Shown here piece after piece: positions 1 to 10,286 of a stretch of DNA of 64,000 bases (positions are counted from its first letter, which is position 1; the number at the start of each line of letters is the position of its first letter). The stretch comes from Myxococcales bacterium (GTDB taxonomy: Bacteria; Myxococcota_A; Polyangia; Polyangiales; DASUME01). Both the position numbers and the translations under genes were made by a program. Below the pieces are notes generated by a model, which was not told the DNA's origin, ran no database searches, and was given only the letters and a program-made list of their open reading frames with translations. Where the stretch lies: assembly GCA_047601445.1 (NCBI GenBank), contig JASGJH010000001.1:5088001-5152000 (forward strand), written 5' to 3'.

Positions 1-310
1 TGACGCAGTCGCTGACTTCGGCGATCCACGCTTCGAGCGACGGCTTGCCGACATCGGCGTGCAGCGCTTCGCCGATCGCTTTCTCTTCGACGCTGAGCAT
101 CTGCAGGAGTCCGTCGAGCTGCTGCACGCGCCACTCGTAGGAGCGCGTGCGACCAGTGTCGAAGGTCGCGCGAACGCGACTCACCGTCTGCTCGATGGCA
201 GAGGGAGAACTCGCAGCCTTGCTGGCCTCGATGCCTGCCAACTTGGGTGCGCGTCCCTGGTCGAGCTGACGTTCTTGTCCACGCGGGTCGACTGCGGGAT
301 AGGTGTTCAC
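1..310 (-). CDS. Aldehyde dehydrogenase (ALDH3/coniferyl-aldehyde DH-like), 5' part; runs off the window edge
   Basis: Not in the ORF track; manual translation from GTG at 310 (SD-like AAGAGGA upstream) gives MNTYPAV...RVRATFDTGRTRSYEWRVQQLDGLLQML...EALHADVGKPSLEAWIAEV, the typical N-terminus of class-3 ALDHs. Confidence 0.8.
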   Translation of the reverse strand, partial: MNTYPAVDPRGQERQLDQGRAPKLAGIEASKAASSPSAIEQTVSRVRATFDTGRTRSYEWRVQQLDGLLQMLSVEEKAIGEALHADVGKPSLEAWIAEVSDCV

Positions 311-413
311 GGGTCCTCTTGCCTCCAGCCTTCTTGGTAGCAAAGACGCATGGTTCTGGCACTGGCCCGAGTGTCAAAACGACTGGGACTGGGGACTGGG
401 GCGGGCCCGCGTG

Positions 414-2000
414 TCACCGGTGTTTGTAGACCCGCCAACGTCTGCCGCTAAACACTGGTTGCCACAGCTCGGGTTGGCGCGCGATCCGGCCCGGGCCCCC
501 ACGCACGAGCACATAGTGGTACCACGCGAGGTCTCGCTCCGGGTCCACGCGCTCGGGTTGCCACTCCCAACGTGGTGGCACCCTGGGCGGACGCAGCGCC
601 TCGCGGAAGTGAAAGGGCGATTGCGGAAAGTCCGCGAAGGTAAACATCACGGCGCCCCCCTTTTGCGCCTGGTAGAGCGCGACGTACTGCAGGAAGGGCG
701 AGAACTTCACGCTGCGTGAACCGCGGTCGAAGATGAGCCCGGCCACGCGCTCGGCCTTGGGAATCACCTCCAGAGCACGCTCGAAGTCTCCGACCTCCTC
801 GCGCTCGAACTCTCGGAAGGCCTGCCCAACTTCCACGAACCCGAACAGGGCCACGGCTGCAGCGAGCGCCAACACGAGCTGTCCCCGCACGCCGCGCTGG
901 TTCGGCACCAACAGCAACGCAAACAACAGCGAAAGCAGCGGAAAACGCGCCGAGATGGGCCAGATCCAGTCGTAGCCGGTGGGCGCCACGAAGTAAGCGA
1001 GCGCCGCCAGCGGACACAGCAAGGCGAGCCGCCACACGAAGGCCTCGTGGTCGAGCTCGGACGCAGGCTCCTGCGTACGCTCACGCACCCCGAGCGCGAA
1101 TGCGATCAGTAAGGCCACCACCCAAAGCACCCACAGCTGATCGTCGCGCTCGCTGGTGAGTACATCCGTGAGCCACATCGGCAGGTCCCGCATGGCCTGG
1201 GCCACCGTCGCGAACTGCGCGCCGCGCTGACCTTCGGCGCCACCCGCCGCCGCCAAGGTGGAGCTGCCCGCCGGGGTGAGAAAGAGCCAGCTTCCGCAGG
1301 CGATCCCGACCGGCACGAAGACCCACAGCCGCATGACGCTAGCCTTGAGTTCGCCGCCCAGCAGCACGAGAAGGGTGCCCAGGGCCAGGAAGGCGAAGGG
1401 CACCACGTGCATGTAAAAGCACCCCAACAGCAGCGCGCCCAACAGGATGCCGTTGCCCCGGGTGGCCGCGCGTCGGAAGCGCAACGCCGCAGTGAGTCCC
1501 ATGAACAGGAGCGGCAGCGCGGCGATGAAGTTGAAGAAGCCGAGCACCAAGTGCGCGTTGTACGTGAGCCCAAAGGAGAACACGGCCAAGCGCGGGTCCC
1601 GGCCGAGCGCGCGCAGCAGCTGGGCGAGCGACCAGGGCAAGGCGATCAAGGCGGCGCACAACAGCAGCTTGTTGGCGAGTTCCACGCCGAAGACGAACGA
1701 GAGCAGATAGGCCAGGCCGTAGTAGGCGAGGTACTGGGTGCGCAGGAAGTGCAGCTCGAAATAAGTCCCGAGCGAGAGATCCGGATAATGCCGAAGCACC
1801 GAGATGGCGGCCAAGTGCTGGGGCATGTCCTGGAGCGGAGGACGCGACACCAGCAGCAGCGGAAGTACGCTGGCTAGCGTGAGCAGCGCGAAGATACTGG
1901 ACCAGGGCCCGCCGAGGAGGGCCAAGCCCGAACTCCACGCGCGCTGCTTGGCAGACGCAGGTTCGCTCGCGAGCTCGCTTCGCAGCACCGCTTGGCTCAA
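414..2000 (-). CDS. Polytopic membrane protein, possibly GT-C-fold glycosyltransferase-like
   Basis: 528 aa with many hydrophobic segments, PPLQDMPQH loop after the first TM and a soluble C-terminal domain; start overlaps the upstream gene stop (ATGA-type, TTGA). Confidence 0.6.
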   Translation of the reverse strand: MSQAVLRSELASEPASAKQRAWSSGLALLGGPWSSIFALLTLASVLPLLLVSRPPLQDMPQHLAAISVLRHYPDLSLGTYFELHFLRTQYLAYYGLAYLLSFVFGVELANKLLLCAALIALPWSLAQLLRALGRDPRLAVFSFGLTYNAHLVLGFFNFIAALPLLFMGLTAALRFRRAATRGNGILLGALLLGCFYMHVVPFAFLALGTLLVLLGGELKASVMRLWVFVPVGIACGSWLFLTPAGSSTLAAAGGAEGQRGAQFATVAQAMRDLPMWLTDVLTSERDDQLWVLWVVALLIAFALGVRERTQEPASELDHEAFVWRLALLCPLAALAYFVAPTGYDWIWPISARFPLLSLLFALLLVPNQRGVRGQLVLALAAAVALFGFVEVGQAFREFEREEVGDFERALEVIPKAERVAGLIFDRGSRSVKFSPFLQYVALYQAQKGGAVMFTFADFPQSPFHFREALRPPRVPPRWEWQPERVDPERDLAWYHYVLVRGGPGRIARQPELWQPVFSGRRWRVYKHR

Positions 2001-2923
2001 GCCCGGAGCAGGCGGCCGACGTGCGCGCGTTCCCAGGCGATGGCGCGCGCGTAGTGACGGAAGCGCTGTTCGCTCTCGAGGAACTCGGTGGTGTGCACGG
2101 CACGCCGACCATCGCGGACCGGCATGGGCATCATGTGGTGAAGCATCTCGTGAAAAACGATGTACTCCACGAAGTAGCGGGGGACCCAGACGCGGTCGAG
2201 CACCGGATGGATGCGGATCAACTTGCGGTCCGCGCAGTAGGTGCCGAGCTTGATGCTGTCGCGCTGAGCCTTACGGGCCTTGGTGCGGCGCCCCCAGGTG
2301 ACGCTGGCGTCGACCATGCCCTGGAAGTACGTGTCGTTGAGCCGATCGAAGATGGCGCGTAGGTCGTGCTTGCGGCCAGCGGTGCAGAGGCTGTCCGGGT
2401 CGCGGTGAAGGGCCGGCCGGATCCGCTGCTGGTTAGATTCGATATAGGCGCCGATTACATCGTTGGCAGCACGATCTCCATAACGGAGGTAGCGGCCCAG
2501 GGCGTGCTGGGTGAAGGGGTCGGCGTCCAGGAACATGTGATGGACGCGGACCTCGAGGGAGCCCCCCGACTGACGCGCCGTGATCATGGTCCGGCGGTTA
2601 TCGGTGATTGCAAGACTGATACGCTGGCCCAGCACATGGCGGAGCGCGCGCTCGAGCTGCTGGCGGGCACCTTCATGGACAAACAGGTTGGGAGCAGCGG
2701 TCAGCGCCTGATCGCTTGCGTCCTGGCGCAGGCCCTGGGGAACCCGGACCGCCGAGCGGGCCAAACGCGGGGCACTCACCAGCCCCGGCGACAATGTGCG
2801 ACGGGGGGCGGGTGTGGGGCCGGCGTGGACTAAGCGATGGCGCGTCTGAGACAACGCGCGCGACGCCAGAAACGGAAAGGAGCCACTGCTTTGTGACACC
2901 GTGTCCTCCGCGGCCGAAGCCAA
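1997..2923 (-). CDS. SprT/YgjP(M48)-like zinc metallopeptidase domain protein
   Basis: FDRLNDTYF...LGTY...IRIHPVLD...PRYFVEYIVFHEMLH (HExxH); start uncertain. Confidence 0.75.
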   Translation of the reverse strand: MASAAEDTVSQSSGSFPFLASRALSQTRHRLVHAGPTPAPRRTLSPGLVSAPRLARSAVRVPQGLRQDASDQALTAAPNLFVHEGARQQLERALRHVLGQRISLAITDNRRTMITARQSGGSLEVRVHHMFLDADPFTQHALGRYLRYGDRAANDVIGAYIESNQQRIRPALHRDPDSLCTAGRKHDLRAIFDRLNDTYFQGMVDASVTWGRRTKARKAQRDSIKLGTYCADRKLIRIHPVLDRVWVPRYFVEYIVFHEMLHHMMPMPVRDGRRAVHTTEFLESEQRFRHYARAIAWERAHVGRLLRA

Positions 2924-3016
2924 AACCCTACCGACCCATCAACCGGGCTGATCCGCACCCCGAAAAGTACGGCTAGCTTCAATCATATCGGGCGCTTAGC
3001 CGCCGCGATTGAGGGC

Positions 3017-3045
3017 ACGCTAAAGCGCACCCTCCCCCTTGTCAA
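3017..3045 (-). promoter_or_regulatory. sigma70-type promoter for the metallopeptidase/membrane protein pair
   Basis: Minus strand TTGACA (3045-3040), 17 nt, TAGCGT (3022-3017). Confidence 0.55.
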
Positions 3046-3196
3046 GCGGAGGTCCGGAAGATGTCGTAAGGTTATGAAACTGCTCGGTTTGATCCGTCCT
3101 TGGGACGCCCAACCGGGGGACTTGACGCGGGGGCCAAAAACCCCTTCCTGAACCTGCCCTCGATGCTGCCAAAAGGCAGTTGTAGGAGAGTGCTCG

Positions 3197-3892
3197 ATGA
3201 CGGTTCGCATCGCCTACTTCGCTGCTGCACGCGAGCTCGCAGAGTGCTCGAGCGAAGAACTTCCGTTCCAACACACGCTCGATGTCGAACAGTTCAAGAC
3301 GTGGCTCGGCGAGCGCAAGCCTCGCCTCAAGCCCTACCTGTCGCGCATGCGTCTGGCGATCAACGGTGAGTTCGCAGCGCGCGACGCACGCGTGGTCAAT
3401 GGTGACGAGGTCGCGGTCATGCCTCCCGTCGCTGGCGGCAGCGACGCTGCTGCGTCGCGTTCGATCCTGGCCGAGGTCCGGGAGCGCCCGCTGTCCCTGG
3501 ACGATGCCATCGATGCCGTACGTGATCCCAGCGCAGGGGGCATCGCGGTGTTCCTGGGCGTCGTGCGTGATCATCACCAGGGCAAGGCCGTGGCGCGACT
3601 CGACTACGAGGCGTTCGCCGAACTGGCCAACAAGGAGATGCAGCGGGTGGTGCGCGAGCTGACGGACACACAGCCGGGCGTGCGTATCGCCGTCCTGCAC
3701 CGTGTAGGCGCGTTGAGCATCGGGGACACGGCCGTGGTGGTCGCCGCCAGCGCAGCCCACCGCGAGCAGGCGTTCGCGGCGTGCCGGGAGACCATCGACC
3801 GCATCAAGGCCACGGTTCCCATCTGGAAGAAGGAGTGGGCCCCCGACGGCAGCGCCCTGTGGGTTAACCTGGAAGCCGACGAACGGAAGTAG
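3197..3892 (+). CDS. moaE: Fused molybdopterin synthase MoaD-MoaE
   Basis: N-terminal MoaD fold (YFAAARE...GDEVAVMPPVAGG) followed by MoaE (GGIAVFLGVVR, LDYEA, HRVGAL, AHR, IDRIKATVPIWKKE). Confidence 0.9.
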   Translation: MTVRIAYFAAARELAECSSEELPFQHTLDVEQFKTWLGERKPRLKPYLSRMRLAINGEFAARDARVVNGDEVAVMPPVAGGSDAAASRSILAEVRERPLSLDDAIDAVRDPSAGGIAVFLGVVRDHHQGKAVARLDYEAFAELANKEMQRVVRELTDTQPGVRIAVLHRVGALSIGDTAVVVAASAAHREQAFAACRETIDRIKATVPIWKKEWAPDGSALWVNLEADERK

Positions 3893-3972
3893 AAGTAAAG
3901 GACAGCTCGCTTCGCCCTCGAACGCTCAAGCGCCTCTGTTTTCGGGGAAGCCCTCATGGCGGAAGGCTGGTT

Positions 3973-5190
3973 TTAGGCACCCACGGGAGTAGCCAGGCTT
4001 GGTCGGCCACGCGAGTGCCATTGGTCGGCGATCTCGACGAGGTGCTCCACGCGGCGCTCGAAGGTCTTCTCGAAGGCGTGCTGACGGGCGAAGCGCAGTC
4101 CGATATGGGCACGCTCCAGGATCTGCTCGCGCGATAGCTCGATGATGCGCTGGGCGAGTCGCTCGGGTTGGTTGAGCGGCACACCAAAGCCCACGTCGGC
4201 CAGCTTGAGCAGTCCGGCCAGCGCTTCGTTCTCGTAGCCAATCAAGGGAACCCCCGCCGCGAGCGTCTCGAGGTAGGTGCACGAGGGATCGCCCTGACGG
4301 TGGCAGACCACGAACAGGTCGACCTCTCGACGCACGAGCGGAACGAGCTCGGTGGCGAAGGGCAACGCGCCCAGGAAGTGCACCTCGTGCAAGCCCTCGC
4401 GCCGGACCCGCGCCTGCATGGCCTCGAGGGAGCTGCCCTCCCCGGCGATCAAGAACCGGAACGGGAAGTTTCTGCGCTTGAGCTGGGCGGCCACCTCGAT
4501 GAGGTCCTCCGCCCCCTTCATGGGGATCAGACGGCCCGAGAAGGCCAGCGTGAGCGGGCGTCCCTCGCGGAGTCGGCGCGCGCGCGCGTCCATCTCGCCG
4601 GGTGTGGCGAACATGGCCTGCTCGGTGCGCGTGTCGAAGTAGAGCAGTGGGTTCTTGGAGAAGCGGCGGTACCAGCCGAAGGTGGGCGTGCCGTTGCATT
4701 GCACGCCGGCGGAGCGAGAGATGGTGCGCAGCGTGAAGAGCTCCTGATTGAGCTCCCACAGCGCGGTGCGCAAGAAGCGCAGCGAGCGGGGTGCAGTGAC
4801 CCAGGCGATCTGCAAGCGGGTCTGCAGGGAGTACTCGGTGATGTTCACGCAGGGCACGTCGAGCTCCTTGCAGAGCTCGATGAGGTTGGGGATGCGCCAG
4901 TCAGGGCCGGCCATCACGAGCCCGCTGCCGGCGAGCTTCTCCTTGAGGCCGGGGCCATCGAAGTTGAAGACCTCGAGGTCGAAGGAGAGCTCCCTGGGCT
5001 TGACCTTGATGTGATCGAGGTCGCCCGTCATCTGCGGGCACGGGTGCAAGAGGACCTTCACCCGCCCGGGCCACAGGCGTCGATAACGCTCGATGCCCTC
5101 GAGAAACTTGCGGGTGAGGACCACGTGCTCGGGGTCCGGAACGAACGCCGTGAAGTACGGCAAAATGGTCAACGTGCCGAAAGACGCCAT
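3973..5190 (-). CDS. Glycosyltransferase family 4 (GT-B)
   Basis: FSGRLIPMKG, LIAGEG, VHFLG, YLETLAAGVPLIG motifs. Confidence 0.8.
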   Translation of the reverse strand: MASFGTLTILPYFTAFVPDPEHVVLTRKFLEGIERYRRLWPGRVKVLLHPCPQMTGDLDHIKVKPRELSFDLEVFNFDGPGLKEKLAGSGLVMAGPDWRIPNLIELCKELDVPCVNITEYSLQTRLQIAWVTAPRSLRFLRTALWELNQELFTLRTISRSAGVQCNGTPTFGWYRRFSKNPLLYFDTRTEQAMFATPGEMDARARRLREGRPLTLAFSGRLIPMKGAEDLIEVAAQLKRRNFPFRFLIAGEGSSLEAMQARVRREGLHEVHFLGALPFATELVPLVRREVDLFVVCHRQGDPSCTYLETLAAGVPLIGYENEALAGLLKLADVGFGVPLNQPERLAQRIIELSREQILERAHIGLRFARQHAFEKTFERRVEHLVEIADQWHSRGRPSLATPVGA

Positions 5191-5300
5191 GTCACTCGAG
5201 CTAACACGGTCTTTTGCGTGCGATCAAACGGCACGCTTTCGCACAGTGAAGCCCGAACGCGACATCGAAATGGAGACTCGTCCCGAGCTCGGCACGAAGC

Positions 5301-6677
5301 TCAGAGCAGCATCGATGCGGGCGACTCGAGCAAGCCTCGAAGAACCTTGAGCCATTCTGCACCGACCGCGCCGTCCACCACGCGATGGTCACAGCTCATG
5401 GTGAGCTTCATGCGCTTGCCCGCAACCACGGACCCCTGCTTGAGCACCGGTTCGTCGCGCACGGCGCCGACGGCGAGAATCGCGCCCTCCGGCGGGTTGA
5501 TCACCGCGCTGAACTCGTCGATGCCGTACATCCCGAGGTTGGAGATGGAGAACGTGCCGTTCTGCATCTCCTCGGGCTTGAGCTTCTTGTCCTTGGCCCG
5601 CGCAGCGAGCTCGCGCACCGTTTGCGAGATGGCGAGCACACCGAGACGGTCGGCGCCGCGCACCACCGGCGTGAGCAAGCCGTCTGGCACCGCCACCGCG
5701 ACCGAGATGTCGACGCGATCGTGGTAGACGATGGAGTCCCCCAGGAAGCTCGCGTTGGCGCGCGGGAACAGGCGCAAGGCCACAGCCGAGGCCTTGATGA
5801 CGAGGTCGTTGAGGGAGATCTTCTCGCCGCTCGCCGCCAGGCGCTCGTTGAGCTCGCCGCGCACGCGAACCAGGGGCTCGGCGTCGACGTCGATGGTGAG
5901 ATAGAAATGCGGAACGGTCTGCTTCGACTCGGTGAGGCGACGCGCGATGGTCTTGCGCATCTGCGAGAGCTTCTCGGTGCGACCCGCGAGCTGCACGGGC
6001 GCGGCCGCCGGGGCCTGCGGAGCCTTGGGCACCGCGGGTGGCGGAGGCAAGCGTTGCGCCCCGGTGGGCGGGGGCGCGCTCGGTCCGCGCAGCGGGGTGC
6101 CTGGCAATCCGACTCGTCCCTCCCCCGAGGCTGCTGCAGGGAAGCCCTCCACGTCGCGCTTGATCACGCGCCCGTTGGGGCCCGTGCCGCGCACCTGGTG
6201 GAGATCGATCTCTCGCTCACGCGCGATCTTGCGGACCACGGGCGAGGCGAGCACGCGACCTGTACTGGCTGGCTCTGGTTCGGCGCCGGCTTCGCTCGCT
6301 GCGGGTGCCGCTGCCTGGCTCGCAGCGGGCGCCTGAGCTGGGCTCGCTTGCGCATCGGACGCGGGGGCCTTGCTGGGCGCCGCTGGCGGAGCGGAAGCGG
6401 CACCGCCGGCCTTCGCGAGCAACGCCTGGATGTCGTCTCCCTGCTTGCCAAAGATGGCCACTGGCTGGTCTGGCTGCAGCGTGGCTCCCTCGGGCGCGAG
6501 CTGCTTGAGCAGGACGCCCTTGTCGAAAGAGCGAAACTCCATGGTGGCCTTGTCGGTCTCGACCTCTGCGATCAAGTCGTCGACCTCGACCGGCTCCCCT
6601 TCCTGCTTCACCCAGCGCACCAGGGTGCCTTCCTCCATGGTGGGCGACAACTTGGGTAGTCCGATGATCTTCGCCAT
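5301..6677 (-). CDS. pdhC: Pyruvate dehydrogenase E2, dihydrolipoamide acetyltransferase
   Basis: Lipoyl domain (LPKLSPTMEEG, EVETDKATME), E3-binding domain (ASPVVRKIARE, GTGPNGRV), catalytic DHRVVDG. Confidence 0.95.
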   Translation of the reverse strand: MAKIIGLPKLSPTMEEGTLVRWVKQEGEPVEVDDLIAEVETDKATMEFRSFDKGVLLKQLAPEGATLQPDQPVAIFGKQGDDIQALLAKAGGAASAPPAAPSKAPASDAQASPAQAPAASQAAAPAASEAGAEPEPASTGRVLASPVVRKIAREREIDLHQVRGTGPNGRVIKRDVEGFPAAASGEGRVGLPGTPLRGPSAPPPTGAQRLPPPPAVPKAPQAPAAAPVQLAGRTEKLSQMRKTIARRLTESKQTVPHFYLTIDVDAEPLVRVRGELNERLAASGEKISLNDLVIKASAVALRLFPRANASFLGDSIVYHDRVDISVAVAVPDGLLTPVVRGADRLGVLAISQTVRELAARAKDKKLKPEEMQNGTFSISNLGMYGIDEFSAVINPPEGAILAVGAVRDEPVLKQGSVVAGKRMKLTMSCDHRVVDGAVGAEWLKVLRGLLESPASMLL

Positions 6678-6688
6678 GGTGAAAACCT

Positions 6689-7675
6689 TTACTTCACGTA
6701 GAGAACTTGTTTGACGGCCTTCACGACATGTTCTGCGCGCACCAGCACCTGCTCCTCGAGCGGCAGAGCGTAGGGCATCGGTACGTCGCGCCCGGAGATG
6801 CGCAACACGGGAGCATCGAGAGAGTCGAAGGCCTCGCGCTGCACGAAGTCCACGATTTCGGCGCCCGGGCCGCCATAGGGCCAGTGCTCGTGCACCACCA
6901 CGCAGCGGTTGGTCTTCTGCACGCTCTGGACCACGGTGGCGTGATCGAGCGGACGCAGCGTGCGCGGATCGATGACTTCACACTGGATGCCTTCGCCGGC
7001 CAGCTGCTCCGCCGCTTTCATGGCCTCGTGATAGGCCCGGCCCCAACTCACCACGGTGACGTGTTCGCCCTCGCGCGCAATGCGCGCCTTGCCGAACGGG
7101 ATGAGCTCTTCTTCGCCCTCGTCAGGGACCTCGCCCTTGATGCCGTAGAGCGTCTCGCCTTCGAGGAACACCACGGGGTTGTCTTCGCGGATGGCCGTCT
7201 TGAGCAGGCCCTTGGCGTCGCGCGGAATGGACGGAGCGCACACCCAGAGCCCAGGCACCTGCGCGTAGAAGGTCTCCATGGCGTGGCTGTGCTGGGCGGC
7301 CACCTGGCGCGCGGCACCGTTGGGTCCGCGGAACACGATGGGCACCTTCAGCTTGCCACCGGACATTTGGTACATCTTGGCGGCGTTGTTGAGGATCTGA
7401 TCGAAGGCCACCGCAGAGAAGTTCCAGGTCATGAACTCGATGATGGGTCGCAGGCCCACCATGGCCGCGCCCACGCCGATGCCCGCGAAGCCCGCCTCGG
7501 CGATGGGCGTGTCGATCACGCGCTTCTCGCCGAACAACTCCAGCATGCCTTCGGAGACCTTGTAGGCGCCCTGATAGTGGCCCACCTCTTCGCCCATCAA
7601 GAAAATGCGCGGGTCCCGCTTCATCTCCTCGATCATCGCCTCACGGACCGCGTCGCGATAACGGATGGTGCGCAT
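6689..7675 (-). CDS. pdhB: Pyruvate dehydrogenase E1 beta subunit
   Basis: GEEVGHYQGAYKV, RVIDTPIAE, GLRPIIEFMTWNF, AAQHS. Confidence 0.95.
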   Translation of the reverse strand: MRTIRYRDAVREAMIEEMKRDPRIFLMGEEVGHYQGAYKVSEGMLELFGEKRVIDTPIAEAGFAGIGVGAAMVGLRPIIEFMTWNFSAVAFDQILNNAAKMYQMSGGKLKVPIVFRGPNGAARQVAAQHSHAMETFYAQVPGLWVCAPSIPRDAKGLLKTAIREDNPVVFLEGETLYGIKGEVPDEGEEELIPFGKARIAREGEHVTVVSWGRAYHEAMKAAEQLAGEGIQCEVIDPRTLRPLDHATVVQSVQKTNRCVVVHEHWPYGGPGAEIVDFVQREAFDSLDAPVLRISGRDVPMPYALPLEEQVLVRAEHVVKAVKQVLYVK

Positions 7676-7676
7676 C

Positions 7677-8702
7677 TCAGCCCCCCACCTGGTTGCCGTG
7701 GATGCGGCGCGGAGCCTCGGGGTCGCTCAGCACGAAGTCGGGGCTCTTGGCGTAGACCAGCTCGTGCATGGTCTGCTCCGTGGGCGCTGGGCTCTCGTCG
7801 GCGAACTGCACGGCGTCGCGGATCTCTTCCTCCACCGAGTTATCGATGGCCTCCACCTCGGCTGCGGGTACGCCCTCGTCGAGCAGGGTCTTGCGGGCCA
7901 CGCGCACACAGTCCTTTTGCTTGCGAAGCTCCACCTCCTCGGGGGTGCGGTACTTCCCGGGGTCGCTCATGGAGTGGCCACGATAGCGATAGGTGAGGAT
8001 CTCGATCAGGGCCGGTCCCTTGCCCGAACGCGCGTGATCGACGGCCTTCTTGAGCTTGTCGCGCACCTCGAACACATCGGCGGACTGGAAGCGATCGGAA
8101 TACATGCCGTAGCCCGAGGCCTTCAGCGTGATGTCGCGGACGGGCAAGGTGCGCTCGAGCGGGGTGCCCATGGAGTACTCGTTGTTCTCCACGATGAACA
8201 CCGCGGGCAGCTTCCAGAGCGCGGCCAGGGAAAGTGCCTCGTGAAAGCCGCCGATGTTGGTGGCGCCCTCTCCCATGTAGCCGAGACACACCTGGGACTC
8301 TCCCTGGTACTTGATCTTGAAAGCTACGCCCGCCGCCAGCGCCAAGTGACCGCCCACGATGCCGTGACCGCCGAGGAAATTGTGCTCGACGTCGAACATG
8401 TGCATGGAACCGCCCAGGCCGCGCGAACAGCCGGTGTCTTTTCCGAACAGCTCCGCCATGGCCGCGCGCGAGGTCATGCCGCGCGCCAGGGCGTGGCCGT
8501 GATCGCGGTAGGTGGTGATCACGTAGTCTTCGGGGGTCAGGGCATCGGCCGCGCCGACTGCGATGGATTCCTGACCAATGTACAAATGTAAGAAGCCGCC
8601 GATCTTGCCCTGCGCATAGGCACGCGCGGATTCCTCTTCGAAGCGGCGAATCAACCACATCTGCCGGTAGTACCGCTTCAGCTCCTCGAGATTCGTGGCC
8701 AT
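7677..8702 (-). CDS. pdhA: Pyruvate dehydrogenase E1 alpha subunit
   Basis: GKIGGFLHLYIGQE, YRDH, GGSMH, GEGA..N TPP motif, TYRYRGHSMSDP. Confidence 0.95.
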   Translation of the reverse strand: MATNLEELKRYYRQMWLIRRFEEESARAYAQGKIGGFLHLYIGQESIAVGAADALTPEDYVITTYRDHGHALARGMTSRAAMAELFGKDTGCSRGLGGSMHMFDVEHNFLGGHGIVGGHLALAAGVAFKIKYQGESQVCLGYMGEGATNIGGFHEALSLAALWKLPAVFIVENNEYSMGTPLERTLPVRDITLKASGYGMYSDRFQSADVFEVRDKLKKAVDHARSGKGPALIEILTYRYRGHSMSDPGKYRTPEEVELRKQKDCVRVARKTLLDEGVPAAEVEAIDNSVEEEIRDAVQFADESPAPTEQTMHELVYAKSPDFVLSDPEAPRRIHGNQVGG

Positions 8703-8789
8703 CCCTCGAGTATTGCAGAGCTCTTCCGGCAGGTGAGAGCTTAGATCGCAGAATCCTGATGTTTTTTGCGGGTCACTCGTTCACCGAGA

Positions 8790-10010
8790 TCAGTGTGCGC
8801 GGACGCTGCGTACCAACGCGTCCACGGGCACCGTGAGCTGGAGCGCCAGAGTGGAGAACTTGTTCACGAGCGGGTTGCGCAACCAAAAGTCGCTGGTCGC
8901 GAGGCCTCCTGCACAGCCGCCCAGGGCCGACTGTCCGCCGTAGGCCTGATCGTAACAGACCGAAGTCGTCCCCTGTAAAGTGGCGATCAACCACGTGGCC
9001 GGCTGATAGCTGAGGGCCAGCAAGAAGTCGCCGCGTCGACGGATGCGGTTGTCGGGCAGGGCACCCGCCTCATCGACGGTCGTTGGACCGCTGGTGATGT
9101 CGATGGTCGGGGTCTCATCGTGGAAGGCCTTCACCAGGTTCCAGCCGTAGATGTAGTTGAGCTGAAGATTGAGCGTGGTGGTCATGTTGAGCGAGAAGCC
9201 GCTGATCACTCGGAAGGCGTCCTGCACCACGCGATACTGGCCAGCGGTGCAGTCCACCACGGAGTCGCGCGGCAAGCCCGCGCAGCGGGTGGGGTCGCCC
9301 TCACGGATTTCGCGGGTGAGGTTCTGGGACCAGGTGTGCACGTAGGAGCCGCCCAAGCTGAGGGCCAAACCGGCGAGCACATCGAAACTGCGCACCACAC
9401 TGAGCGTGGCACCCGTGCCGGCGATCACGTCGGCCGCCCAGCTCATCTCGGAGGTCGGGACCACCAGGCGAGGACCGCCCGTGAAGGTGAAGCCGCCGAG
9501 GCTACCGAGGTTGCCGATGGCCGTGAGGCGCGTGTCGGAGGACCACAGTTTGTGGCGCTGGGATGCGTCGTCCGGGGGGGTCACCTCGTAGGCTAGGGTC
9601 ACGTCGGCATTGATGGCCCAGCGCTCGTTGATGGAGAGACGCGGGCCCAGATAGAGGCTCAAGGCGTAGTAGCCGTTGTGATAGGGCAGGGTCCGGTACA
9701 GGGGTGCCACGGCCTGGCTGAAGCTCACGATGGTACCGGCCCAACTGGGCCCATCGTCACCGCCGCAGCCCTCGGCCTGCGCGACGGAGGTCTGCCCCTG
9801 TGCCAGCAGCTGATCGCAACGCTCCTGTTTGGCCTTCGCCTCGGCTTTCTTTTCTTGGTCGGTCTGTCCTTCTTGGGCCTTTTCGGAGCTGCTCGCGGAA
9901 GCGCTGCTCTGCGGACCCTGATCGGCCCGCGCTGAAATTGGCGCCGAAACGGCCACCCCGAGACCCCAAACGAGACAGAGCGTCCCCAACCAACTCGCGC
10001 TTCGGACCAA
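8790..10010 (-). CDS. Secreted hypothetical protein, probably outer-membrane beta-rich
   Basis: Likely TTG start at 10010 with AGGAG SD; signal peptide (AxA), alternating amphipathic strands, paired Cys loops. Confidence 0.55.
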   Translation of the reverse strand: MVRSASWLGTLCLVWGLGVAVSAPISARADQGPQSSASASSSEKAQEGQTDQEKKAEAKAKQERCDQLLAQGQTSVAQAEGCGGDDGPSWAGTIVSFSQAVAPLYRTLPYHNGYYALSLYLGPRLSINERWAINADVTLAYEVTPPDDASQRHKLWSSDTRLTAIGNLGSLGGFTFTGGPRLVVPTSEMSWAADVIAGTGATLSVVRSFDVLAGLALSLGGSYVHTWSQNLTREIREGDPTRCAGLPRDSVVDCTAGQYRVVQDAFRVISGFSLNMTTTLNLQLNYIYGWNLVKAFHDETPTIDITSGPTTVDEAGALPDNRIRRRGDFLLALSYQPATWLIATLQGTTSVCYDQAYGGQSALGGCAGGLATSDFWLRNPLVNKFSTLALQLTVPVDALVRSVRAH

Positions 10011-10286
10011 CGTGAATTCTCCTGCCCCACCTGCGTGCCACAGCTGCAGGGCTCGCCACAAGGGGGGGTATAGCCGATTCGTTTTTCACGGGAGGGCACG
10101 CGCCCTCCCCGCCCAGCGCGGCAAAGCGGCGCTGGGCGGCCACCCCGCAGCGAGGTTCGCTCCGCTCACGGTGCACTCGCGTCTCCTGGGAAGCACACCG
10201 GTCCAGCGCCTGGCCCGATTTAGAAATGGATTCCTCGGCCTCCAGATTGAACCAACCCGCCCGAGAGCGTACCGTGGGCGCCGACG

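Noticed and set aside
381..401. GACTGGG x3 microrepeat
   Set aside because: Very short low-complexity intergenic repeat with no supportable function
2924..3196. Moco riboswitch upstream of moaD-moaE
   Set aside because: No recognisable Moco RNA motif by eye; an Infernal/Rfam scan would be needed to exclude it fully
5301..8702. pdhABC cluster lacking lpdA
   Set aside because: E3 is commonly encoded elsewhere and shared between 2-oxoacid dehydrogenase complexes
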